64,000 nucleotides of DNA from assembly GCA_963832205.1 (NCBI GenBank), contig CAWHTK010000020.1, positions 126,512-190,511 on the forward strand, in the 5' to 3' direction. Every line of letters starts with the position of its first letter. The stretch's first letter is position 1. The translations under genes and the position numbers were made by a program. Below, piece after piece: positions 29,038-38,927 of this stretch. The notes under the pieces were generated by a model, which was not told the origin of the DNA, made no database searches, and was given only the letters and a program-made list of their open reading frames with translations. This stretch comes from Blastocatellia bacterium. GTDB lineage: Bacteria; Acidobacteriota; Blastocatellia; UBA7656.

Positions 29038-30835
29038 TTAGAATCTGATCGCCTGATAGCGGGCGCTTCGCTCGCCGGTCGTCTGGTTGAAGATAGTGAT
29101 TGAGACTTCCTCGCCCTTCGGGAACGCCTTCTTTATAGGCTTCTTGCCGGGGCTGACAATAAGTCGCGTCATCGTGCCGTTGGACAGCTCGTAAGTGACG
29201 TCGTACTCGGTCCCGGCGAGCGGCTTGCCGTTGACTTCGACTATCGAAGATCCGTTAAGAAACCCGTAGCCTTCGATGGTCACTTTCTTCTTGCTGATCT
29301 GGGCGCGGACCACCGTCGGGGCGGCGCGGCGGGACCATCTGGTTGGTGACCGCGTTGTAGGCGTTGGCGCGGCCCGAGCTTAATACCATGTTGAGCGCCG
29401 CCGGGGTCGGCTCGGCCGTTGAAATGATCCGCTGTTTTACAGCCGCGGGCGAAAGCGACCCGTCGAGCGAATAGACGAGCACTGCTATGCCGGAGACGAA
29501 GGGCGCGGCCATCGAGGTTCCCTGCCGCTGGCCATAATCGCCCGGAACCGTACTCAATATCTCCACGCCGGGGGCCGCCACGCTGACCCTCGTGTGGCCG
29601 TAATTGGAGAAGTCCGCGAGGCTATCGGCCGCGTTCAGCGCGGCGACCGAGATGACGTTCGACAACTCGCTGCTCCACGACCCTGGAAAGCTTGGCGTCT
29701 CGTCGACGAACTCGCCTTCGTTGCCGGCCGAGGCCACAAACAGGATGCCGGCTTCGCCCGCCCTGACTATGGCTTCGCGCAGGGTGATCGAGTTGCCGGG
29801 CCCGCCCCAACTCGCGTTTATAACGTGAAGGTTTACCCCGCGGTTCTTCAGGGCTATCGCGTAATCAATGGCCTTTATCGCATTGGCGGTCGAGCCGCTG
29901 CCGTTGCTCCCTGTAAGAAACTTCAGCGATACCATCTTTACGTTCCACGCCACTCCGACCACGCCCCTGTTGTTGTTGCCCGCCGCGCCTATGATGCCGG
30001 CGACGTGCGTGGCGTGGGTATCGAAGGTCGGGTTTACGAATACGTCGTTATTGTTGTCGGCGAAGTTCCAGCCGTTGATGTCGTCAACATACCCGTTGCC
30101 GTCGTCATCGTTATTGTTGCCCGCGATCTCTCCGGGGTTGACCCAGATGTTCGGCGCGAGGTCCGGGTGCGAAACATCGATTCCCGTGTCTATGATACCA
30201 ACGACTATGTCGTCCGAGCCGGTGGTTATGTCCCATGCGCGTGTCGCGTCAACGTCGGGCCTTGAATAATCGCTGCTACAGCCGTTGCAGCCTGTGTTAC
30301 GAAGCCCCCACATCTGACTGAAGTGCTCGTCATTCGGCGTGGTGTCGCTTGTATAGAAAGAGTAGTTCGGCTCGGCGTACTCGACGCGCGGATCAAGCTG
30401 GGCGCGCCGCACGGCCTCTTCAACCGTCATCTTGCCGCCGAGGCGCACGAGTTGCGCGCCGCGCGGATGCTCGGTAAGCGACTCGACCCCCTGGCCCCCG
30501 GCGCGCAGTATCTGTTCGGGTATCTGCGCCAGGTCAGGGATGTCGGCCACATCCTCTCTCAGCTTTATGATTACTTCGCCGTCAACGTACGGCCGTCGGT
30601 TTTTTTGAGATTCTTGAGAATAGGCGCCCCGTTGCGGAATAAAGACAACGGCGCTCAGGATTATAGATAAACAGGCGGCCAGAAACTTTTTCATCCGATT
30701 ACCTCGATTGTGCGACTGTGGCAAAAGTTTCGAGCCCAAGTCGCGGCGACACTCTAGAATATAGATTAGCCTTACAGTTAATGAGAGACGCTTTAGATTA
30801 TAGTTCCAGGCCGCCCGCGTAATCAATGATCGCAA
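29038..30835 (-). CDS. secreted S8 serine peptidase with propeptide and a C-terminal domain in a second frame (frame disruption near 29300-29320)
   Basis: ORF 29255..30835 has VGIIDTGIDVSHPDL, HATHVAGIIGAAGNN, GTSMAAPFVSGIAVLV. After NAYNAVTNQMV it turns into junk (PPRRPDGG..). ORF 29038..29313 (extended upstream to ..AAPTVVRAQISKKKVTIEGYGF..) supplies a C-terminal beta domain. The break sits in a ccgccgcgccgcccc tract. Confidence 0.8.
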
Positions 30836-30851
30836 TAAATTTACACCAAAT

Positions 30852-30890
30852 AAAAAAAGGGCGCCGGGGCAGCATCCAGGCTGCCCCGGC
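30852..30890 (-). terminator. rho-independent terminator of the flotillin gene
   Basis: Stem gccggggcagc / gctgccccggc, followed on the minus strand by TTTTTTT (the plus-strand aaaaaaa at 30852-30858). Confidence 0.5.
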
Positions 30891-30898
30891 GGCTGACA

Positions 30899-33103
30899 TC
30901 AGCGGCTCTTTAGGGTTACGCCCAGGTGGCCGTTACTGCCCTCGGCGGGCGAGTTTATGTTGAGCCGGTCGCGAAACAGGTTTAGCAGCAGCAGGGTCCC
31001 AATATTGCCGCCCCCTTCGCCCGACCCGCCCGACGCCAGGACATCCGGCGTGATGCGCACGCCCTTTTCGCCGATGATCTTGAGCGTCTCGATGAGCGCC
31101 ACGCCCTGCGGGCCTATGGCGTTGACCTGCTCGGCGTAGGCCACGCCCTGCGCCTCGCCCATCAGGCGGGCCTTTTCGGCTTCGGCCTTGCCGGTCGCCA
31201 GTATGTAGTGGGCCTCGCCCTCCGCCTCGGCCTTACGCTGCTCGGCGCGCTTGCCGGCGATCTCTACGCCGACGGTTGCCGCCATCAGGTCTCGCTGGTT
31301 ATCGGCGTGGGCGCGGGTCTTCTCCAGTTGTATTCGCTTATCTTCGGCCTCGCGCTGCGCGTTAAACATGTTCTGCCGCTGCTCGGCCAGTATCTTTTCA
31401 GTCTGGGTCTTCATCAGCTCTTCGGGCAGATGAATGTGGCATATCAGCACGTTCACGACATCGACGTGATACTTGAGCAGGTGCGCGCGCACCCGCGCCT
31501 CGGCCCGCTCCTGCTCTTCGTGGCGGTTTTGCAGATAGGCCATGGCCGAAGACTCGCTCGCCTGGTTGCGAAAGATGGAATCGATCAGCGGGTGCATGAC
31601 GTTTTGTATGAGCCTGTCGACGGAGCCGATCTTCGCCACCATGAAGGGGGCGTCCTCGGGTTTGACGCGAAAGACGACTCGCACCTCAAGCTGCATCGTG
31701 AACCCGTCCTTCGATATGACCTCGAACGGATTAAAGGTGTTTGCAACCTCCCCGGTCGTCCATTCGACCGTCTGGTTCGTTGTCGGAATGACTATCGGCG
31801 TCATTGCCAGCGTGTTGACATAGTATCGACCCGGGCCGACGACCGTCTCCTGGATGCCGCGATAGCCCTCGGGCACGACGTAGGCTTCGTGCGCGCCCTC
31901 GTCGAGCCGGCGGTCGGCAGGGTCGCCAAGCGTCAGGTCCTGCTCGATCTGGGCCGGGCTGATGTTGTCGCCGTCAAGCAGGTCGAGCCGGGCGACGGCC
32001 TGCGCGACGTACTCCTGCTCTTCCATCTCAAGCCGGGTGCGCACCTTCTCGGCCATCGCGCGCCGCACTTCCTCGGACGGGTCCCTTCCCACGTTCGAGA
32101 CGACGACCGCGACTTCGCCAGGCCTTACCTCTTTAGCCGTCTCCGGGATCACCTTAAACAGCAGCGGGTTTATATAGTATGTGCCGGGCAGCAGTATGTC
32201 CTTCTGCGGGCCGCGCTGGCCTCCTCGGACTATGAACTCGTCTCCGTCCTGAAAATTATCGTGGCCCTCGACCGGCGCGGCGACATAATCGCGGGGGTTG
32301 AGCGGCGAGCCGTCGAGCGCCTCGACCAGCCCGACCGCGTTTTCGGTGATCACCGTCGCGTCAAACATCTTCACGGTCAGCAGCCCCGGCTTGCGCTCCG
32401 CGCCGCTCTCTATCGGGACCGACTCGGTGAGGATGCGGTAAGTGCCGGGCGTCAATATATCCACCTGCGGGCCTTTCTGCCCGCCTGCCGCGATGAACTG
32501 CTCGGCGTCCTGGAAATCCCGGTGCCCGCTTATGGCCTTGCCGAGCAGCCGGCCGGGGTCGAGCGGCCCGCCGTCGGCCGCGTTGACCATGCCGACCTTG
32601 CCCTGCGGCACCACGGTGACCTTGGCTATCGAGACGCGAAACAGGTAAGGGTGTATCGGCCACAGCCCCGGCGGGAGCGACCTCAACTGTATGCCTTTGA
32701 CGCCGCCCTGCTTGATAAAGGCTATGGGGTCTTGAAAATTGTTATGCGCGTTCTGCGCGCGGTCGGGCGCGAATATTCTGCCCGGCGGCATCGGGTCGCC
32801 GTCGATGGCTTCGATTATGCCAATCTCGTCCGACCCTATTTCGATCAACGCTACCTTGCGTACGACGCGCTCGAAAGGCCACTTGATGAGGTGAAGACCC
32901 GGCTTGAGCACATCGGCCTGAATCCCCACCTCTCCTTCAGTGGCGACTACGCGCCCCGGCGGCATCCTCGCGCCCAGGTACCGGCGCTCTTTGATGGCGA
33001 TCTCTTTCGCGCCGACGTTGACCAGCACCGCGCTAAACAGGAAGACCAGAAAGACAATCGCTGTCGTCGCGATTATCACATACGGAATTATCTCGTTTGT
33101 CAT
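30899..33103 (-). CDS. large flotillin/SPFH (band-7) family membrane protein with an internal triplicated module
   Basis: Start MTNEIIPYVIIATTAIVFLVFLF (ATG at 33103). Three copies of DGxPLxPGRxx...GHxNFQDxxxFIxxGGxxGPQxDILxPGTY, then a flotillin-type coiled coil (EAEDKRIQLEKTRAHADNQRDL...AEGEAHYILATGKAEAEKARL). 735 aa. Confidence 0.8.
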   Translation of the reverse strand: MTNEIIPYVIIATTAIVFLVFLFSAVLVNVGAKEIAIKERRYLGARMPPGRVVATEGEVGIQADVLKPGLHLIKWPFERVVRKVALIEIGSDEIGIIEAIDGDPMPPGRIFAPDRAQNAHNNFQDPIAFIKQGGVKGIQLRSLPPGLWPIHPYLFRVSIAKVTVVPQGKVGMVNAADGGPLDPGRLLGKAISGHRDFQDAEQFIAAGGQKGPQVDILTPGTYRILTESVPIESGAERKPGLLTVKMFDATVITENAVGLVEALDGSPLNPRDYVAAPVEGHDNFQDGDEFIVRGGQRGPQKDILLPGTYYINPLLFKVIPETAKEVRPGEVAVVVSNVGRDPSEEVRRAMAEKVRTRLEMEEQEYVAQAVARLDLLDGDNISPAQIEQDLTLGDPADRRLDEGAHEAYVVPEGYRGIQETVVGPGRYYVNTLAMTPIVIPTTNQTVEWTTGEVANTFNPFEVISKDGFTMQLEVRVVFRVKPEDAPFMVAKIGSVDRLIQNVMHPLIDSIFRNQASESSAMAYLQNRHEEQERAEARVRAHLLKYHVDVVNVLICHIHLPEELMKTQTEKILAEQRQNMFNAQREAEDKRIQLEKTRAHADNQRDLMAATVGVEIAGKRAEQRKAEAEGEAHYILATGKAEAEKARLMGEAQGVAYAEQVNAIGPQGVALIETLKIIGEKGVRITPDVLASGGSGEGGGNIGTLLLLNLFRDRLNINSPAEGSNGHLGVTLKSR

Positions 33104-33128
33104 GTTAGACCTCACTTGCCGGCAGTTG

Positions 33129-33812
33129 TCAGCCGGCTTCAATACGCTTGCGCGCGCCGCCAAGTCCGCGGCGCGCGTCCGCAATAGCCCGCTTGAGCTG
33201 AAAGCCTGCGCCCGAGCTTCGGGCCTGATCATCGAGGACCCAGTACTGGCTCTCGATAAGATCCGACAGGTCTTTGCCCGACAGGTTCGCGACGCGGCTC
33301 GTTTCCCAGGCGCGCGCGGCAACCTCGACCGCCTTCAGATAAGTTGTCGCGTCGTCTGCGAGGGCCGCTACGTGGATCATCTCCACAAGCGTGCCCCGGT
33401 CGGGCGATCTGTCCCAGGATTCAATGACTCGCTCGGCCAATCTTTTGTTCGCGCGCGGGCCGTTGCTTTTTGAGATGAAGGAGACGAGCGCCTTAAAATC
33501 CTCCTGACGCCCGTCGCTCCTGCCGATAAGGGCATCGAGAACTTCGCTATAAAGCCGCGCGTCGCCACTCTTATGCGCCTCGTCAAGCGCGCTCAGGTCG
33601 CCTTCGCCCGCGCGGCTCAACAGGTGTGCGCGATAGACCGAAGCCCGATCTTTTTCATTCGACGCGCGCGGTTGCTCGTCGAATAGCCCGACGCTCGCCG
33701 GCGGCTGAAACGTCCCGTGAGAATTCGGGCGCAAGGTTTTTGGCCTGGAGCGATAAAGAATGATCGTGGAGGCCAGAACCGCGATAAACAGGATAAAGAA
33801 GATGACGGCCAT
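33129..33812 (-). CDS. N-terminally membrane-anchored hypothetical protein co-oriented with flotillin (yqiJ-like position)
   Basis: ATG at 33812 (MAVIFFILFIAVLASTIILY transmembrane helix). No recognised domain. Confidence 0.45.
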   Translation of the reverse strand: MAVIFFILFIAVLASTIILYRSRPKTLRPNSHGTFQPPASVGLFDEQPRASNEKDRASVYRAHLLSRAGEGDLSALDEAHKSGDARLYSEVLDALIGRSDGRQEDFKALVSFISKSNGPRANKRLAERVIESWDRSPDRGTLVEMIHVAALADDATTYLKAVEVAARAWETSRVANLSGKDLSDLIESQYWVLDDQARSSGAGFQLKRAIADARRGLGGARKRIEAG

Positions 33813-33979
33813 TGCGACCTCACTCGACGGAAGGGGCGGAATAAAGCTGACAGGCAGGGGGTGGGCGAAAGAATGACGACTCTTCATTGACTTTGTGAAA
33901 CGCCGGTCTATAGAATGCAGCCGCCCATATCAGGTCTATAAAGCTCTGACAGAATTCATCCCGGATTGGAGGGAAGCCC

Positions 33980-36963
33980 ATGAGGAGACTCAAAAAACTA
34001 TCCGCTATTGCTCTAGCCGCGGTAATGATGCTTTCGACCGTTTCGCTTGCCCAGACGCAAATCACTACCGGCGTCATACAGGGCACGATTTCGGACGAAA
34101 CAGGGGCCGTCGTGGTCGACGCGGACATCGAAGTGAAGAACATCGATACGAACTTTACCAGGAGCCTGAAGAGCGATTCGGACGGGCGCTTTGTCTTTCT
34201 GCAATTGTCTTCGGGCCGATACCAGCTGACGGTCTCCAAACAGGGGTTCGCGACGCTGGTGCAGGAGAACCTTCAACTGACGGTCGGCCAGGCCATCTCT
34301 TTGAACCTTTCGATGAAGGTTTCGCAGGTGGCCGAGCGCATAACGATCTCCGCCGCGCCGACCATCGACACCGCCAAGACCGAATCAAGCTCTACGATAA
34401 ACGAGCTGTCTGTGAGCGAGACGCCGATACTTGGGAGGAAGTTCGAAGACCTGCTTTCGCTCACTCCGGGGGTGAGCATCGTGCAAGGCCCTGACGGCGA
34501 CGAGATAAACTTCGCGGGCCAGCGCGGCATCTTCAATAACATCAGCCTCGACGGCGGCGATTACAATAACGGATTCTTTGGCGAGCAGTCCGGCGGGCAG
34601 CGCTCTTCAATAGACATCACGCTCGATGCGGTAAAAGAGTTTCAGGTAGTCGCAACGGGCGCGAGCGCGGAGTTCGGGCGCACCGCGGGCGGCGTCGTTA
34701 ACGTCATCACAAAATCGGGCACAAACGAAATCCACGGCAGCCTCTTCCACTTTCAGAGGCTCGAGGCGCTGACCGCCAACACCAGCGACGGCAAGCCGCT
34801 CGAGGATTTTCATCGCGAGCAGTTCGGCGGCACCATCGGCGGCCCCATCAAGAGGGACAAGATGTTCTACTTCTTCGCCCTCGAACATATAAGAGAAAAC
34901 CTGACGCGGCCAAACCTGAGCGAGCCGATAGGGACGCCTTGCTCGCAGTCGAGCCCGAACATACGCAACCACGAATCGCTCATCGACGGCAGCGCCGACT
35001 GCCAGCGGCTGGCGCTGCTCGAGTTTCTTCAGGACGACTTTGAACCAGGAAGAGGGTCTGCCGATAGAGCACCCCATACGCAACACGGCGTTTCTTGCGA
35101 AGTATGACTGGAACGTTTCGGCGGCAAACAAGCTCAGCCTGTCATACAATTTCGTTCACTCGCGTAACGAGAACCAGACCTTTGACGTGGCCACCTACGG
35201 CAATTCCGCCAACGGCACCGAAGGGCCTGCGAAGATACAGGCGCTCAACGTAAATTTCTTTAGCACGATTTCACCGAGCATACTAAACGAAGCGCACTTC
35301 ACCTACGCTCGCGAAAACCGCCCGCGCGCCTCGGTCGAGTCGAACGTCGGGCCCGACACGGCCATGGGTTTTGTGACGACATTCCGTTTCGGCGACCCGT
35401 TCTTCCTTCAGCCGGGGGTCAACGAGCTGTTCTGGCGCACGCAGATTCGCGATAGCGTCTCGATACTTTCGGGCCGGCATACGATCAAGCTCGGCGGTGA
35501 GTGGATGCACAGCCGCAACGTGCAGATCTTCCGCGGATTCTTCAAGAGCCGTTATATATTCGACAGCGTGACAGGCTTTCTGCGTTACGCGTCGCCCGCT
35601 TCTTTCGGCGCGGGCTTCGGGCCTAACGCGGGCCGCTGCCCGAACGGCTCCTGGACAAACCTGAACTCGCCCAGTTGCGCGGGCGCGACGACTCCGCTTC
35701 TTCTCTTTTTGCAGAGCGCCGGCCGCACAGGTCCGGCGACCGACGCCGCGGGCTTTTCCGACATCGACAATGAAGACTACGGAGCCTTTATTCAGGATAA
35801 GTGGCAGGTGCGCCCGAATTTCACGTTCAACGCGGGTCTGAGGTGGGAGGCGCAGATATTCCCCGACCCCGTCGTGCCGCCCTCCGAGACCGCTTATGGA
35901 AAATTCCTCGGCGACCCGCGCTTCCCGTCCGACGGCACGCTGCCAAGTCAGAAGAAGATGTTTCAGCCCCGCCTCGGCTTCGCCTGGGACATCGGCAACA
36001 ACGGCAAGTCGGTGCTTCGCGGGAGCTGGGGAATATATAACGCGCGGCAGAACATGCTCACCCAGGTCGGGTCGATAACGACCAACGGCGTGCAGCAGCA
36101 GACCATCGCCGGCGGGCTGTTCGCCAACCCCACGGTGCGACCCACGTGGCCGAACCTCGCCCCGATCCCCGTTCTGCCCGAGGGTCAATTCCCCCTCTTT
36201 AGCGGCGTGCGCGTGTTCAGCCGCGATTACGCGAATCCGCGCATCTATACGACCAACGTCGCATTACGAGCAGGAGCTTGCTCCGAACTGGGCGATCTAT
36301 CTCGATTTCACTCATTCGAAAGGCGTGCATCTGACGAGATTCGTCAACGCGAATTTCTTCGGCGCGTTCTCGCCCGACCTGGGCGAAGTCATGACCGCTC
36401 AAAGCTCGGCCAAATCGCTTTATCGCGGATTCACCATCGGCGTTCGCAAGCGCTTTTCAAGCGGGTTCCAGATGGAAGGCAATTACGTATGGTCGAAAGA
36501 CCTGGATGATGATTCGAACGAGCGCGACCCGTTTACCGACCGCGTGTTCGATCACACGGACTTCTCGAAAGACTATTCGCTTTCCGACCGCGACATCCGC
36601 CACAAGTTCAACTTCTTCACCTACTCGGAGCTTCCCTGGGCATTTCAGTTGGGCACTCGCATTCAGGCCCGCTCGGCGCAACCTATTACGCCGAACCCGC
36701 GCGTGGTTAATGGAGTTGACCTCGGGCGCAACAGCCTCCGCAAAGATAACAAGTTCTTCTCGTTCGACTGGCGACTGTCGCGCAGGTTCCGCCTCGGCGA
36801 GCGAATGGCGATCTCGCCGGTCTTCGAGATGTTCAACACGTTTAACAACGATAACAACGTCAACCCGCTAATATCTCCGGGGCTGTTGAATTTCGACGGC
36901 TTCCTCAGGTTCGGCGTCGGAGACCCACGGCAGGTTCAGTTGGCGGTGAAGCTCACGTTCTAA
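33980..36963 (+). CDS. TonB-dependent receptor-like outer-membrane protein with N-terminal CarboxypepD_reg domain; read in three frames (disruptions near 35050 and 36260)
   Basis: Signal peptide MRRLKKLSAIALAAVMMLSTVSLAQ. CarboxypepD_reg segment GVIQGTISDETGAVVVDADIEVKNIDTNFTRSLKSDSDGRFVFLQLSSGRYQLTV. Plug-like region. ORFs 35040..36509 and 36325..36963 continue the beta-barrel and end in ..QVQLAVKLTF* (C-terminal aromatic residue). Confidence 0.75.
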
Positions 36964-36995
36964 ATAATAGAGGGGCGTCTCGAACGGCGCCCCTC

Positions 36996-38498
36996 TCAAC
37001 CCAGCCCGAACAGCTTCAATATATCGTCCCACCTGTTGCGCACGCCCATAAAAGTGAAGATCGCAAACATCACGATCATCACAAGGATGACGCACTTTCG
37101 CCATACAGGCATTCGAAGATTCTTCGGCAGAAAGCGGTGCTGTACGACCAGCGTGTGCGTTGCGAGGACGACAAAATTAAAACTCGCGATGAATGCGCCG
37201 ATCACTATCAGCGTGAACGGCTGCACCTGGTTGATCGCCCACATCCCGAACAGCGCGTATATGATGAGCAGCGAATAATAGACCCTGCGCACGTCCTCGC
37301 CCACGAGGCGGCGAATCCGGGGGCTCGCGCTCCATACGATATCGGTGGCCGTGCGCGCGAATGAATCGACTATGCCGAGCTGCGTCGAAAATAGTATCCA
37401 GAAGCCGTTGAGGAGCGTCAGAAACCAGGCGGTCGAGCCGAACACCTGCCTTATGCCTTCGGCTTGATAGGCGGCCGCCGCCCAGCCGCCCGATATGTCC
37501 GCGCCGGCCGGGACAAACTGCACCGTCATGAGCGCCGGCAGCGCCATACCCAGAAAGCAGCCGACCCCGAATACGAGCCACTGCTCGAAGCGGACGTATC
37601 TCATCCACTGCTCGAACCTGTTGAGGTTCTCCGGCGTCGCCGGGAAGACGTTGCCGACGCGCGACAGATTCACCTTATGCCCCCCGATCATCGCCGGGAT
37701 GTAGCCGGAGCGCGAAGCCATGCCCCATCCCTTGTCCCGAATCCAGTTCGTAATCGTCGCGTTGCCCAATCCCCCCAGCCCCGCATACGCGGCGAACGAG
37801 GCGAGCAGCATCCAGTCGCCGCCTTCGGGTATGGGCGAGCCGCCCAGCCCGAGAAAGCCTCCCCACACTTTTCCCCACGTAGAAAACGAAGTGAAGAATA
37901 TGCCGACAATGGCAAGGAAGATAATTATCCACGCGACCATGAACGCCTCGGCCCGCTCAAGCGCGGTCTCTACTTTTTTGCCGAAGGCGACGATGAGGAG
38001 CGCGGCGACGAATATGGCATAACCCCACATCATGACCGCCGGCCGGTCCTCGACCGTCGTGATCGAGCCTTTGAAGGCCGACGCTATGGCGGTCGCGCCC
38101 GTAATCGCCCAGCCCGGCCAGCCCGTTTGCAAAAACAGCAGAACGCAATAAGTGATGCCCCAGAAGGCGGGACCGGGGCGCGTCCGCATGACTCCCGTCA
38201 GTATCGGCTCGCCCGTGGCGATCGTGTAGCGAATCATCTCCTGGTTGAGGATTGTCTGCGTCAGTATCGACACGCTCGCGATCCACAGCAACGCCGCGCC
38301 GTACTTGGCAGTGACCGCCGGGCCGAGCAGCCACTCGCCGCTGCCGATGCTCATCCCCAGCGCAATGGTGCCGGCGCCTATGAGCTTGAAAGCGTTTTTT
38401 ATGCCGAACGGCGGTGGCGAGGGAATATCGGCCTGCCCCCATGCGGGCAATCGCCCCGGATCGGGCGCGGCGTCCGGCACTTTCGCTGTGGTAGTCAT
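36996..38498 (-). CDS. Nramp-like polytopic membrane transporter (divalent-metal transporter family, distant)
   Basis: 500 aa with about 11-12 transmembrane helices. N-terminal IGAGTIALGMSIGSGEWLLGPAVTAKYGAALLWIASVSILTQTILNQEMIRYTIATGE resembles the Nramp/MntH signature region. Confidence 0.55.
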   Translation of the reverse strand: MTTTAKVPDAAPDPGRLPAWGQADIPSPPPFGIKNAFKLIGAGTIALGMSIGSGEWLLGPAVTAKYGAALLWIASVSILTQTILNQEMIRYTIATGEPILTGVMRTRPGPAFWGITYCVLLFLQTGWPGWAITGATAIASAFKGSITTVEDRPAVMMWGYAIFVAALLIVAFGKKVETALERAEAFMVAWIIIFLAIVGIFFTSFSTWGKVWGGFLGLGGSPIPEGGDWMLLASFAAYAGLGGLGNATITNWIRDKGWGMASRSGYIPAMIGGHKVNLSRVGNVFPATPENLNRFEQWMRYVRFEQWLVFGVGCFLGMALPALMTVQFVPAGADISGGWAAAAYQAEGIRQVFGSTAWFLTLLNGFWILFSTQLGIVDSFARTATDIVWSASPRIRRLVGEDVRRVYYSLLIIYALFGMWAINQVQPFTLIVIGAFIASFNFVVLATHTLVVQHRFLPKNLRMPVWRKCVILVMIVMFAIFTFMGVRNRWDDILKLFGLG

Positions 38499-38612
38499 TT
38501 GGATTTTGGATTTCGGATTTTAGATTTTGGATTGCCGGACACCTGGAAAGTCAGCGGGCTGAATTCAGCCCTGTTCCCGGAATCCAAAATCCAAAATCTA
38601 AAATCCAAAATG
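38499..38612. repeat. MITE-like element with ggattttg heptamer arms (R5), filling the whole intergenic gap
   Basis: ttggattttggatttcggattttagattttggatt gccggacacctggaaagtcagcgggctgaattcagccctgttcccgg aatccaaaatccaaaatctaaaatccaaaat. Lies between the Nramp start codon (38498) and the DUF1330 stop (38615). Confidence 0.7.
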
Positions 38613-38614
38613 GA

Positions 38615-38911
38615 TCAGAGCCCTTCTATGAAAACGGCGTGGCCGTTGGTTGCTTCCAGGCGCAAGGCTTTCAGCTTGCGGTACTCTTCCGAGTTGTACC
38701 AGCGATGCGCTTGCTCAAGGCTCGGGAACTCGATGATGACCGGATAGACCGGCTGCCACGTGCCTTCGACTACGTCGAGCTTGCCCCCTATGACGATGTA
38801 GCGCCCGCCGTAAGCCTCGACCGTTTGAAGGACGCGGCTGCGGTAGACTTCCATCTTCACCGGGTCTCTAATAGCAACCACGTCGAAAAAACAGTATGCG
38901 GCCATACGCAT
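38615..38911 (-). CDS. DUF1330-family small protein
   Basis: 98 aa: MAAYCFFDVVAIRDPVKMEVYRSRVLQTVEAYGGRYIVIGGKLDVVEG...IIEFPSLEQAHRWYNSEEYRKL, typical of DUF1330. Confidence 0.7.
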   Translation of the reverse strand: MRMAAYCFFDVVAIRDPVKMEVYRSRVLQTVEAYGGRYIVIGGKLDVVEGTWQPVYPVIIEFPSLEQAHRWYNSEEYRKLKALRLEATNGHAVFIEGL

Positions 38912-38927
38912 CCACCCTTGTCTTATT

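Noticed and set aside
31208-33187. 659-aa plus-strand ORF with an Arg/Leu/Ala-rich composition.
   Set aside because: It lies antisense to the well-supported flotillin gene and has no motifs. It is a typical high-GC antisense-frame artefact. The same reasoning applies to 9422..10867 (481 aa antisense to ALDH), 23573..24364, 35283..36188, 16779..17321, 41087..41644, 1297..1872 and 500..910.
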